A stretch of DNA of 51,814 nucleotides, counting the filler, from Basidioascus undulatus (Eukaryota): NCBI GenBank assembly GCA_000826855.1. It is 3 parts of 3 records of this genome, joined end to end, with 100 filler letters (N's around TTAATTAATTAA, not from the genome) between each part and the next. Parts side by side here need not be neighbours in the genome. Positions count along the whole stretch, not along the records: positions 1 to 17,238 come from JTLS01000544.1; 2 more parts are not named here. One strand, 5' to 3'. Each line of letters starts with the position of its first letter. Position 1 is the first letter of the stretch. Under the pieces are notes generated by a model. That model saw only the letters and a list, made by a program, of their open reading frames with translations. It was not told the origin of the DNA and searched no databases. This document shows, piece by piece, positions 1-17,338 of this stretch. The position numbers and the translations under genes were made by a program.

Positions 1-1360
1 CCTCCTCCTCCTCCTCCTGCTTCTTGACGAGCCCAAACTTCTCGAGCTGCCCGACCGAGTCGCGCACGAGCTGCTCCAAACGCTGCTCCCACGTCTGCCC
101 CTGCGCGTGCGCGAACGCGCACGCGTTCTGGTAGTGGCGCGGGTTCTTGGCGATGCGGATGTAGAGGAACGAGTCCTGGAGCCACTTGAGCGCGGAGGGG
201 ACGGACGTGATCGTGCCGAGGAAGATCTCCGCGTTGAGGTGCTCTTGGAGGTTCATGTGCAGCCTGAGGGGGGACGTCGGGATGGGGTTGGGGGGAAAAT
301 GGGGAGATGGGGAGATGGGAGATGGGAAGAGGGGGCAGGACGAACGAGGACTCGAGGATCGTCCGACCGGAGGCGAGCGCGTCGTACTTGGCCTGCTGAG
401 ACTTGTCGGTCATGATGACGGCCGTCCCGACGTTGTCGAACTGCGGGCGGCCTGCTCCCCGTCCCAGGGATTTGTCAGTAGCGGCTTCAAGCAGCTCGAA
501 CGACAAGGAGAGCCAACGCACCCGCACGGCCGATCATTTGCAAGACGTCGAGATCGCCCAGGGGTGCCCATCCTTCCGCGCCGGCGTAGTAGTGCGTGCC
601 TTTGATGACGACCGTCCTGCACGGCAGGTTGACGCCGACGGCGAGGGTCTACTCCTCCAACCCGTTCAGCTCCATAATTCCATTCAAGCGTCAAGCCGCG
701 AGGGAAAAGAGAAGGCGTACGGAGGTGCAGAAGACGACGCGGAGAGTACCCTGGCAGCGCGAGTCAGGTACCACACACGCAGGCGAGGATGGTACGAGAG
801 TGCTTCGCTCACATTCAGGAAAAGCTGCTCCGTCTGGCGGCGGTCCTGCAGGTCGAGCCCGGCGTGGTGCAGGCCAAGCCCGTATGCCGCGAGGGCTGCA
901 GCAGGAAGCACTGTCGGGTTCCTGGGCGGTAGGCGATGAGGAGAAGCCACAACGTACTCTGCAGCTTCTTGTCCTTGAACGCGAACGTTTGTCTGGCCCC
1001 CATCGCGTCAGTCCAACCCCCTTCAGCTTCGAGCGGAAGGAGCGACCACGCACCCCCTCGGCTTCGCCCACGGCACCTCCTCCCCCGCCTCCTCCAGCGC
1101 CACAAAGTCCTTCATGACAGCGTCGGCCGTGCTGGCGACGCTCCTGCGCGTCGCGCAGAATACGAGCGCGGGCTTGCCCTCGACGTGGCGCGCGAGGATC
1201 TCGAACGTCTTCTTGGTGAGGAACGCCTCGAACTGAAAGTGGTTCTGGCTCTGGTGGTGCTGCCCGCGGCCCCCGCCCGAGGGGAACGCGTACACGTGCC
1301 GCGTAATGGGCACGGGGCGGAAGGACTCGGGAAAGGTGAATACGCGCGCGGAGTCGGGGG
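1..1360 (-). CDS. MER3: MER3/HFM1-type meiotic Ski2-like DNA helicase; only RecA2 and winged-helix portion visible, runs off the window at the 3' end, 5' RecA1 domain not found
   Basis: Spliced translation gives [22 protein letters not shown]..., [12 protein letters not shown] (motif IV), [38 protein letters not shown] (motif V), [13 protein letters not shown] (motif VI), then [23 protein letters not shown]...[18 protein letters not shown], characteristic of Mer3/HFM1. Introns are canonical GT-AG. Confidence 0.85.
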
Positions 1361-1766
1361 AGGGGGAGGATGGGGAGAGTTTGGCCAGCAGACAAGACTT
1401 GGTCTCCGATGGGGAGAGGAGGAGACGGACAGTGGAGGAACCGACGTAGGACTTGCGGACGCGGGATAGGATTTCAGATTGTTCGGTGCATTTCTTTTGC
1501 GCACTTTTCGTTCGTTCTTTTCTTTAGGATGCCCGCGTTCATTTTTTTCGTGGATGCGCATCGCATGATTCCCTCGTTTTTGCGGATATTACGCTGCTGT
1601 ACAATCTTTCCTCTGTTGTGCATGTCGTATGCTTTACGATGCGTAGGTGCGGGAGACGACCGCTCTGAGGAACGGTACGGGATCTCGCCAGGCGAGCACG
1701 TCGAAGTTGTCTATTCAAGGGTATCAAAGCGCATCTTCCCGTGCGCCTATGCAAAATCTACGATCC

Positions 1767-2873
1767 TCATCGCCCGCCCTCGGGAACGTCCACCCACCAC
1801 CTCCCCAGCACGCGCTCGCCCTCCTCCCTCACCCAATCCCAATCCACCTCCCCCGCGCCCTCCCGCACCTCCAGCTCGACGAACCACCAATCCTCCCACT
1901 TCTCCCTCAGCCGCGGGCGCCGGTCCACCCGCGTTAGGCGGTACCCCTTGGGCGGGGCGAGCGCGCGCGCGGGGTCGCCCGAGAGGCGGAGGAGGATCCG
2001 GTTCGGGGGATGGGCAGGGGGTGGGGAGGAGGTAGGGTGAGGGGAGAGGAGGAGGAAGCGGGTGATGTTGCCTGGGGATTATGGAGGGAGTGATGAATGG
2101 GGATGAGGAGGGGTGGGGGAGGAGGGAAAGAGGATGCGTACACCCCGAGTCTTGGATCCCCGATGCGAGCACCTCCAGCCCCTCAAACACCTCCGCGCAC
2201 GCCGCAGAGCACACAGCCGCGCTCGCCCCGTCCCCGACGGAGACAATCCGCGCCGCTTCCGCCGTGCTCGCAACGCGTATGCGCTGCTGCAGCGAGGGGA
2301 GCGTGTCGAGGTAGTGCTTGGTCTGGCCGAGCGCCTGATCAACCGTCCCCTCCAGTCAGTCCCTAGCTAGCTCCCGGATCAAGAGGGGAAAGGAACCGCA
2401 CCTGCTCGTGTGACAGCACTGTCTGGATGTCCGCGAACTGCGTCCCCCGCTGCGCGAGGAGCGAGTGTGCGATGGGCAGGCGCGTCTCGCCCACGATGGA
2501 GAGCGCCGTCGACCGGAGCGCATCCAGCGTCTCGATCACGCTCCCGTGCGTCGAGTTCTCGATCGGGGCGAGGTAGAGATCCGCATCAGCTGTGAATACC
2601 GCTGTTCTCCCTCCCACACGCTCAGCTATTTCCTTCCCCTTCCTTGGTTGTCGGAGGGGAGAGGCGGCGTACCGCCAATGGAGGGTTGGGGGAGCAGGGT
2701 AGAGCCCGGCGGGCAGATGGATAGCACTGCCTGGCTCCAATCAGTCAGCTGAGGGAATGGAATGTGGCGGGGATGGGAGGGCGCGTATGGACCTGGTGCG
2801 TGTAGGTCCCCAAAGGGCCCAGGAAGGCTACCGTGGGAGGAGAGGCGGTCATCGTCAAGAGAGAAGACGCCAT
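1767..2873 (-). CDS. PHA2: Prephenate dehydratase (multi-exon)
   Basis: VAFLGPLGTYTHQ, LAPIENSTHGSVIETLD, VLSHEQALGQ, STAEAA, GIQD..NITRFLLL (PDT TRF motif), short ACT-like tail RVDRRP...WFVE. ATG at 2873, TGA at 1767-1769. Confidence 0.92.
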
Positions 2874-3372
2874 GGGCACGGAAGCCGACGTGCCCCTTGC
2901 GCGGGGGAACCGGGCGGCAAACGACGGAGCCGGCCGGGGCAACCTTCGGGGCACGCAGAGTCGCCGACTCGCTGCTGAGAAGGCCCACCCAGCGCATGTT
3001 TCGACAATCACCAAGACCACTGCAAGAGCGATAGGTTTCGTTATGTCAGTTCTACTGTGATAGGAAGCCGCAGTGGTACAGACGCAGGGCGAATAATCCC
3101 GGCGCCGTCGCGAGACGGCTTGTGGTGCAGAAGCGATACCGCGGGCCATGCAGCACACCACTGTTCTTGACAAACTTTCACCCATAAGACGTCTAGGTAA
3201 AAAAAGAAAGAACATGCATAGCTCTAGAAGGGTCCAAACCACCAGTCGATCCACAATGCACAAACAAGCATGGGAATAGCCACGACGCTCCGGACAGCAG
3301 GGAGGGTATCACAGATCCAATCACTAGAACGTAACAGTCGTCACAATCGTGGTCCTCCACGACTTCGCCCAC

Positions 3373-8406
<5,034 letters not shown>

Positions 8407-9533
8407 CGCGCAGTGTATCAGCTATCGAGGAGCGGCGGAGGTGCTGCGGCTGGGGAGCTCGATCGAACGCTGAGAAGACACGAGGGAAGATGGGTAAAGG
8501 TTGTAAAGGTTCGAAACAATAAACGCAATCGAGTACAAGAGGATTTGTGAGCCCGAATCCATTTTGGAGGCACACATGCATCCGGATTCGTCGGAAGGTG
8601 CGCAGACTGGCAGACTGTGCCTCGCCTCGGAAGGAGCGGCGCGTCATAGTGAGCAGGATTGGCTGCAGCGGGTCAGCAATACTTTCGCGAGACATGGTAG
8701 ACCAACGGATTCAGCAAATAGGTTAAAGTTGAAAATGGAAAGGTAGAAAGAAGGTCGAAGAGTCAATCGCCCTTCTCCCGCACGTGCTTCAGGGCCGGCA
8801 CTCAGGGGGGTGCAGCGATCAGAACCGCAAGATCAGGTACATCTCCCCAGCATTTTAATTTTCAGAAAATATATATGAAAATGAAGCTGACTCCACTTAT
8901 GATTGGCAGAACTGCCGCCCGATGTCCACGAAGCTGTGCATTGCGCGCACTGGCAGCACCACTGCAGCCTGTGTCGCCGGCAGCGGAACCCAACAAACCT
9001 GCCCTTACGAAGCGCAGGGTCCAGGCCGAAAGGATTATATTGAAGACCCTTATAATTTCATGATAAGATGCGAACACAAGGCGTTCAAGGTAGTAAGTTG
9101 ACTGAGTCGGTGCCGCCATGCAGCCGCCGCCTCGATGCAAGTGCCAGGAGCGGCGTATCGAGCGAGTGCCATTCAAATGCATTTGACTGCACATTCTACA
9201 AAAGTCGCGCGACCTGTATTGGAACATCAAACTGCATGTCATTCTGGCAAACTTGGTTGTAATCATTCTGCCCATACATACGCTCCCTTTCGCGTTTCGT
9301 GCTTGACGGTGAGCTGCAGGACGCCGCGGACAGATTTCCCATGAGCAAACGTGAAATGCCGACAGGCAAACAAGCAAACGCTCCGAAATGCCATCGTGGA
9401 CCCACATCCGGATGAATCAGACAACAACAGCCAGAGAGCCAGCGCTCTGTCCTAGTTCATGCTTTCAACAACAATGGTCCACTCATCACCCTTCTCCACC
9501 CACTGCCAATCACCCCCTCCAATCTCTTCATCC

Positions 9534-12500
9534 TCAAGACTGCGCGACCGCCGCTCCACCGGCCTGCGCCGCGCCGCGCCCGCCTCCACGACCTCCCCGT
9601 CCACCTCGGAATTCGCCTCGTCCCCGATGCGCGTTCCCGCGCCCGGCAGCTGCAGCGGCAGCGGCCGGACCGGTCGGCGCGTGCGCGTGTTGGTGGGGAT
9701 GCGCGTGGGTGCGGTGCCCGACGAGGTGCGCGTGCAGGTTCTGCGTCTGCGCCGTCGGGAAGCGCGGGTCGCGCGGAGCCGCGGGCGGCGGGGGCGGGCG
9801 GATACCCCGCGCTGCTTTGGTGAACGTGTGCCCATGAGCGACGTGCGAAGGGCCTTCGCTGCCGTTGCTGCCGCCGCGCCCCCGTGCAGGACGCTGCAGG
9901 ATGCGGGCAGGAGGTTGCCTGCGCATGGAGGAGATGCCTCAGCAAGGAAGCGAGAGCTAGATAGAAAGGTGGGAGTGGGCACGTACTGTCCGTTTTGCAC
10001 CGGTGGCTCCCACCGCGGCCGGACGGCAGGCGAAGGACCCACAGCCCGAGGGGCTGCAGGAGGCGCGGTCGGCGCGGTGTCGCTCATGGAGCTGATGAAC
10101 TGCGGTCGGCTGAGGTTGAGACACGACGTGGTGGTGACGGTCATGCCGCGGTAAGGGGAGCACCTGTGGATGCCGAAGGAAGGCCGGAGTTAGCAACACG
10201 CTCTCGCTGAGCCGGCGAAAAGCCATAAAAACGCACCGGTCCCCGAGGGTCGAACCAGCCATGAAAGGCTGGTCAAACACGACGTCGATCGTGCCGACCG
10301 CGAGGCTGACGACCGTGCCCTTGGCCGAGAGCGGGACATTGCCCGTGTCCTGGACGACGACGGCGCGGTCTCCGAGCGAGAACTGCTGGTTGAGCAGGCG
10401 CGTGCCGGCGTGCGCGGGCTTGAGTACGGCGTGCCGGGGGACGCCCTTCACGATCGCCGTCTTGATCTGCGACGGGTCGAGCGCAACCTTGAACGAGTCC
10501 GCGACGCGCTCCACGGCTTGGATCGTCTCCTGCAGAAAGGACGCCTTGTCAGCAAATGTCGTGGGATTGACACGGTGAGCAATACGACGCACCTTTTCGA
10601 GCTGGTCGACAAAGAGGGAGACAGCCTCGAAGCTCTGAGCGCCTTGCTGCTTAAGCCACGCCTTGACCTGCGAAACCTTGTCGACGACGACCTCGGCGGG
10701 CCAGATGTCCTTGGCGTCCTTAACGTCCTTGTGCGCGTCGAGCGCGGCGAAGATCTCGGGGAAGGTGCGCTACACAATGAACCGAAGTCAGCTCTTCGTG
10801 TTCCGCAGAGCTATCGGACAGGACGGACGAACCTGGTACTCGTGAATGAGCTTGATGGCCTTCTCGCTGAACTCCCAGCCGCGATCAAGCTTGCGCGAGT
10901 AGCCGAGCACCTTCTCGCCCTTGGCCTCGAACTTGAGGTTGAGGCCGAGGTTGATGCTGCCGTCCGGGTGCGAGACCTTGAGGCTGCTCGTGATGCGCGC
11001 GAGCGTCAAGCCGCTCATGTGCAGCCGTCGCGAGAGCTCGTGCGCGGGGTAATAGCGCCCCGCGTTGCGGCCGGCGACGGCGGCGGCGAACTGCGCGAGC
11101 TCGGCGTGCGCGTTCGGCATCATCTGCGCAGAAACAAAGTCGTCAGTCTCGATGGCTGGGTGTGTAAGAGGAAGCTTGGAACGCACGACGAGCTTGAGCG
11201 CAAGTGACGTGTCGGTCGAGTCGACGACGATCGCGGGCATGCCGTACGCGCCGGCGCCGAGGAAGAAGAGCTGCGTGTTCTCCGGGAACTCCTCCTTAAT
11301 CGCGGGCGCGTCTTGTTCCTGAAAACGCCCGCCGCTAAGCATTAGTCGCAGCACGCATCGAATTGATGGCAAGGCAGACGTACCACGTAGCGCTGATCCT
11401 CCGCCTCGACGGACGTGACGACGACCTGCAGGGGCTGGACGACCTCCTTGTTCAGGTCCTCGTAGTCCTTGACCAGCGCGCCGGACCATGTGCGCTTGAG
11501 ACCTATCGAACACACCGTCAGCTCCACCCGGTCCGAGAGGGCGAGTCAAGATAAAAAAAACGTACCCTTAAGCGGGAGGACGTGAACGACGATGTCGACG
11601 GTGCCGATAAGAATGCCAAACCGCTTCGAGTACGTCTGCTCCATCGCGTCCGCCTTCTTTCGCCAAGGCCCGACGGCCATCGGCGGGTGGGGGGTCTGCA
11701 CAACGCGGGACCGTCCGCCTCCTCCGGGGGTCTTGAGCTCGTGCTTGAACAGCTCGTCCGAAACGCCGACGACGAGTGCCTCCTGGAGGAACGGCCAGTT
11801 GATGAACACGCGCTTTCCGATAAGCAGGCGCGCGACCTCGGCCGTGTCCTTGCCCTCGAACGCGCTTTCGACGTGGATAACCATCGACTCGTTCCGGCTC
11901 GGCTGCTGGAAGACGTGCACGCCGTGCAGCCCCAGGTGGGCGGTATGCTTGAGCGTCTGCATGGAGGGGAAGCCCGCGAGGGCGGACGCGCCCAGGAGCG
12001 CCCCGTCCGCGAGCCCTTTGACGAACTGGCGCCCCTCGCCGAGCGTGGGGAGGTAGAAGACCTCCATCCGGCAGTGCGAGTGGACGATGTCGGGGAAGAA
12101 GCCCGGGAGGGAAGACGGGTAGGGGGCGTCGAGCGCGTCGTCATAGTAGAAGCGCGTGCTCGTCCCGAACGCGTTCCGCACCTTCTCCTCCGGGTCGAGG
12201 CGGTGTTCGACCGCTACACGAACCCAAACCAAGATCTCAGCACGCGCATCCCACAGCCCGCAGGCAAAGCTACTCGAACTCACTCTTCATGATTCCCAAC
12301 AACCGGTCCTGCTCGATGAACGGGATCTTGACGACGGCCTCCCAGTCCTGCTTCTTGCCGTTCAAGTCGAGCTCGAAGTCGGTCGGGTAGAAGTGGATGA
12401 TGGGCGACGCCGGGTCGGTCATGAAATCCTATTCCCCTCAAACACATCAGCTCCACGCCGGCACGGACTTGGACACAGCCCGTTCGAAGACTAACCCGGT

Positions 12501-15275
12501 ACGCGAGCGGGACGTGCTCCCGACTCGCGGCGGGCAGGACGCCCATGAGCTGCTCGAACGGCCGGAACGGCGTGCCGAAGTCGTACTTGAACGACATCTT
12601 GTCGACGCCGCGGAGATCTGCGCCGCTCGCTCGATCATTTCAGTACGATCCCGAAAAAGTCGGAGAGACAGGAGTGACGCACCGCTGATCTTGGGCGCGT
12701 AGTGGTAGTCGTAGAACCAGCTCCAGCTCGCGACGCCCTGGTAGTAATAGAAGAGGACCCATTGCAGGCCCTCGATATACCGATACACGAGCTTCTCGCG
12801 CTGGGGCATATTGTGCGGCTTGAAACCGAGCTTCCCCTGCAACATATCCACCCCTTTCAGCTTCTGCCCCACGCCACAATCCGACGACCACAAACGTACC
12901 CGGTAGTACTCGTCCTTCCACTCCTCCATCTTCACCTGCAACTTGTTCTCATCGCTCTCCTTCTCATCGGCAAAGACCATTTCGACGTCCTCGATCTCGT
13001 CCCCCACCACCTTGGCCTTATCGTACTTCCTCCAGATACGCTCAAGCGCCTCGTCGCTCTCCTCGTCGGCGGAGGCGTCCTCGTCGCCGACCTGCTCGCG
13101 GTGCTCGACTCGCACGACGGGCCCCGCGCCCGTCGCGTCATCGTACGCGTCGAACGAGACGAAAAGGCGCAGCTGCGTGCACAGCTCGTCGAGGAAGAGA
13201 CGGTCGCGCTCGTCCGATAGGGGCCCCGGGAGGTCGAGCGACGTCTGCGACCCGGGGAGTCCTTTGGTCACGAAGGACTTGACCTGCTTGTAAAGCGACT
13301 TCTGGAACTTCGTGACCGCTGTACGACAATTCGAACAGAGTCAGCGCAGTCGGAATGCGGGAGAGCAGGGGTGGACCCACTGAGCTTGGAACGCTTCCGC
13401 GCTCGTTCGAGCTGCTGCACGTTGCTGACTTGCTTGCCCTTGTACCAATTGATATCCGCGTACTCCTTCGAGAATTCTGCGCCCGAACACCAACTCAGCG
13501 TGCCGTCGCCCTGAATCAGAGCACGACCAACGCACGCTCAATCTCGACCTCGCGCAGCTCATCCAGAATGAGCTGCAGCCTCTGCGTATTGAGCTGTCCG
13601 TGCTCGTTCAGATACCCGCCTAGGCCCCAACCAACCGCGTATCAGCACCGCCCGATTGTGAGCGGCCGGGGAATGTCAGACACGCACTAGCCTGCGGCAG
13701 AACCCGCTTGTAGATCCCAAACAGCATCTCGAGCGCGCCCTCGTTGATGTGGAGCCCCGGTAGATGGGGGAGGAAGTCGTTGCCGACAAAGATGGCAAGG
13801 AGGATGAAGTCGTCGATGACGCGCTCGAGGTCGTACGCGAAGGGCAGCGCGTGCGCGATGTTGTTGAACTCGTTGTCGAGGTACTCGCGCATGAGCGAGA
13901 GGTGGAGGAGGTAGAAGTTCTGGGACGCCAACCTGCGTGGATGTGGGGTCAGAGTCGCCCGAGAAAGAAATGACAAGGTAAGGGGAAGAGAGGGGAGGAG
14001 GGGAGGGGGAAGAGGCGAAGACGCACGACTTGTAACCCGTCTTCTTCTTCTTGCCGAAGACGACCTCCTCGCGGAGGAGGCAGAAGTGCGGGTCGTGGGA
14101 AAGCAAGCCGAGCATGATGAGGTCCGCGTCGAGGCCGTACAGGCAGTGGCGCGTATTGGGGTTGTACCCCGGCTGCGCCTTCGCCAGCCGGATGTACTCC
14201 TGGATCTTGTGCTCGCCCTCGCCGGGCACCTTTCACATCCGCCCAATCCGTCAATGCCCAGCCTAGCTTGGAGGTGATGGGAGGGGACGAACCTCGTGCC
14301 CAGACAAAACAACCTGGACGCCCCGCCAATTTGCGTCCTCCGTAATCTTCTTGTTCACAAAGTACTTGAGCTGCTCCGAGAGCCTCGCCATGAACGGCGT
14401 GCCTTTCCACACCCCACCCCACACCACACCACATCAGCTCCTCCTCCTCGCACACCATCCCGCGCGACCGAACTCACCCGGCGTAATGCAGTTGCTATCA
14501 AAGGCGCCCGCCTCGATCTTCTCCCCCTTCGCGAGGGCCTTGCGCACGCCCTCCTCCGCGTCCCGCGCCGTCCGGAACCGGCGGCTCCGCTGCTGGTTCA
14601 TCTTGGCACGCGGCGCAACGCCGTCGACCGCCATGAAGAAGAGCTTCTGCGGCTTGATCCTGCTGAACAGGTGCTCGATGTACTGTGGGAGGTATGCTGT
14701 GAGCGTGGGGAATGGGGGGAGGGGGAAGGGCGGAAGGGCGGACGGACAGAGAAGATGGCCAGGAACATGTCTGGCTCTGATATCCGGTGGTGCACGTCAC
14801 CGTCGTTCGGGTGCGAGCAGTTGTGGATGATTCTGTCCAGGGTATCAGCGGCCATTCCCTGCTACGCGATTGAGCTGCGCAGCTGGGGCGAACGGACCCA
14901 TTCATATCGAGGTAGAGGTTATCTGTGTATGGACAGTCTCAGCCTCAGCTTCTGTCATTATTCCCGCCAAAAGCAGCGCAGACGAACCAAACTCCGGAAT
15001 GCGGTTCTCCTCCACAAGCTGACTCGTGAGAGGGTAGCGCTCGCTGTCCGCCAGAACCAGAGCAAGCAGTAAGTCTTCCTGCTCCTCACTCATAGAGAAC
15101 ATCACAGAATGGATCGTACGAGATGTATCGGAAGAACTAGCTCACCACCCTTTCCAATCAGCACCACTCCCATCTACAATTAGCAACCCAGCGCACCTTC
15201 GGGATACCTACACCCCGCCACGAGCCCGGTCAGTCAGGGGAAGGGAAGGAAGACGGTGGCGGGCGACGGACCCAT
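9534..15275 (-). CDS. XRN1: 5'-3' exoribonuclease 1
   Basis: Spliced N-terminus MGIPKFFRYISERYP...[110 protein letters not shown]. The Xrn1-specific C-terminal domains are present ([20 protein letters not shown]). RGG-rich tail ends at 9534. Confidence 0.96.
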
Positions 15276-15679
15276 CGTGGCGGTTGTTCGTCAAAAGCGT
15301 GACTAGGTTCTATCGGCGCAGATTCTGGGATTCTGGAATGAGAAGAGTCGTGTATGTGTGTGTTGTGTGTGTGTGAAGCAGTCCAGGTGCGTGAAGAGGG
15401 TCGCCAGTGGCGAGCAGCGAAGTGCGTCGAGGGCAAGGCGTGCAGGGCGCGTTGGGCCAGACAAGGCGCCCGTCAACGGCGACGCAGATCATCAATTGAC
15501 CGTAACAGCGAGGTGACACTGACAGAGCTCGTCTGACTGCGACTGTGACTCGCAAGTGACTCTGCCACTGTGGGGTATTTTAGGGGATGATAGCGTCTTC
15601 TCAAAGCAATGGTCGAATTAGATGGTACAGCCTACAGAAAGGGGTGGAGGACACGAGCGACGAGCAACGGGAATACCAC

Positions 15680-16535
15680 GGCGCATGGCAGCGACGGGAA
15701 AAAGTGAGCCAGGAGGGCTTTTAAGGCTATGGGGAGTTTGGACCGTCTTTCGATGGAAATTGGATGCTCTCTAAAGGGGGGAGATATCTACGGAGAGTGG
15801 GCAGGCGGACGGACGCCGAGCTCGAGTCTGACAGCGCCAGTAAGCGACGTAACCTGGAGGAGACGCCAAATGGGAGCTAGTTGAGTGGTTAATTTTGGAA
15901 GCTTGAACCCTACTTCCTCAGTAGGAAACGCTTTGGTTGAGGTGCGGAGCGGCTGCGGGGCGACGTGTGGGCGATGCGAGTTGGACAAGCTGCGCTGTTC
16001 CAGCGCTTCGTTGAGCGATGCGACCCGGAGGAAGTGCGTGAAAGGTAGGAACTTTCGGGCATTGAATCTCTAGGAGTTAAATGGAAGAAATGTTGAAGTG
16101 AGCTATCGAGAGATCTGCGGAGGTAGGTGAGTTGGACAGACGCACGATGCTCTATGCGACCCAAGCTCTGTAGAGCAGCAGTGGCAACCCTAAGGAAGCG
16201 GGCGAGGAGAAGAGGGGTCTTGGGTAGTGTGTATTCAGTCGGTGTTCATGGACGGAAGTGCTGTCGACTGACCAGCGGAGAGTGAGTAAGTCAGACAGCC
16301 GTACTGCCGTACGACAGCTCCGTACAAGGGATGCGACCCTGAGACAGTGCAAAGGACCAGGAATGGAACTTTTTAGCATGGTTTCTTGAGGCTTGAAGGG
16401 AAGGCGTGCGGAGATAGACTATCGAAAGACCTGTTAAGAGGAGGTGAGTGCTGAACACTGTCGCGCACGACATGCAGTTCGACAACAGCTTCGATGAGCG
16501 ACGGCAACCCGGAGGAAGCGCGAATGACACTCGAA
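15680..16535. repeat. Degenerate tandem array, about 5-6 units of ~150-170 bp
   Basis: A + strand core GC(A/G)ACCC(G/T)(G/A)AGGAAG(C/T)G recurs at ~16504, ~16184 and ~16020, with diverged copies at ~16333, ~15849 and possibly ~15690. Spacing is near-regular at 150-170 bp. Confidence 0.6.
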
Positions 16536-16849
16536 TGTTGGGTCTTGAGTCGAGTGTTTGGGGGAGATTGAAGTGGGGACAGAGAGGGCAAGGGTAAAGG
16601 CCAGTGGCGAGTCGGGCGAGCGGCGGCGGATGAGATTGTGAGTGACTGGAATGTTGTCTCCGTCTCCCCGAGGGTGTAAGACAGCCGCAGACGTGCACAA
16701 TGCATCTACGCAGTCCCCGAATGCTGCTGCTGGACTTCGGGAGGCTGGTGGAACTTGTTGCGCATCTGGATGTACACTGCATTTCAAATCCCAGTGTCAG
16801 CACGAAACTCATCCGCATAAGCGATAGAAAAATTACCTGCATATGCAGA

Positions 16850-17238
16850 CGATACCTGCGGGTGTTCTACCTCCCCCACCCCACGTCCCACGTCCCACAA
16901 TCAGCTTTTCCCGCTCACATGCACCAAAAACATCATCCGAGCGCCGTCCGAGAAACTACGCACCAAACTCCGGCACCCCCCCATACCCCTCCCCCTCCTC
17001 TAACAAAGCCCTCACCCGCTCCAAACACCCCAGGGCCTCGCGCCGCTCCATGCCCGGCACAGCAAGGCGCTCGACGAGCTCGCGCACTTCTGCGCGGCGC
17101 CCGTCGGATGCGGGGTTCGGGGAGGCACAGGCGGGGCAGCGGCAGGTGAATCCGAAGGTTTCTTGGAGGAGAGAGAGCCGGGCGGCACGCGGAAGGGCGG
17201 GGAGGGTGGGAAGGTACTCGATAGTTATTTCCTGGGGG
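16850..17238 (-). CDS. SET-domain (SMYD-like) lysine methyltransferase, C-terminal part; upstream part falls in the assembly gap
   Basis: Minus frame reads QEITIEYLPTLPALPRAARLSLLQETFGFTCRCPACASP...DGRRAEVRELVERL: the SET motif IV (EEITISY-like) followed by post-SET FxCxCxxC. The 3' end is uncertain (stop at 16956 or a further exon). Confidence 0.75.
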
Positions 17239-17338
17239 NNNNNNNNNNNNNNNNNNNNNNNNNNNNNNNNNNNNNNNNNNNNTTAATTAATTAANNNNNN
17301 NNNNNNNNNNNNNNNNNNNNNNNNNNNNNNNNNNNNNN
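17239..17338. other. Artificial contig-join spacer (N44-TTAATTAATTAA-N44)
   Basis: 100-nt block of Ns centred on the six-frame stop palindrome TTAATTAATTAA, identical to 34539-34638. Confidence 0.97.

Noticed and set aside
15680..16535. Regularly spaced motif array as a CRISPR-like locus
   Set aside because: Eukaryotic context, cores too degenerate, spacing ~160 bp and no cas genes. Reported only as a degenerate tandem repeat.
17283..17294. TTAATTAATTAA palindrome (also 34583-34594) as a piggyBac TTAA site or other biological element
   Set aside because: Symmetrically embedded in 44-N flanks twice; it is a standard six-frame-stop assembly linker.
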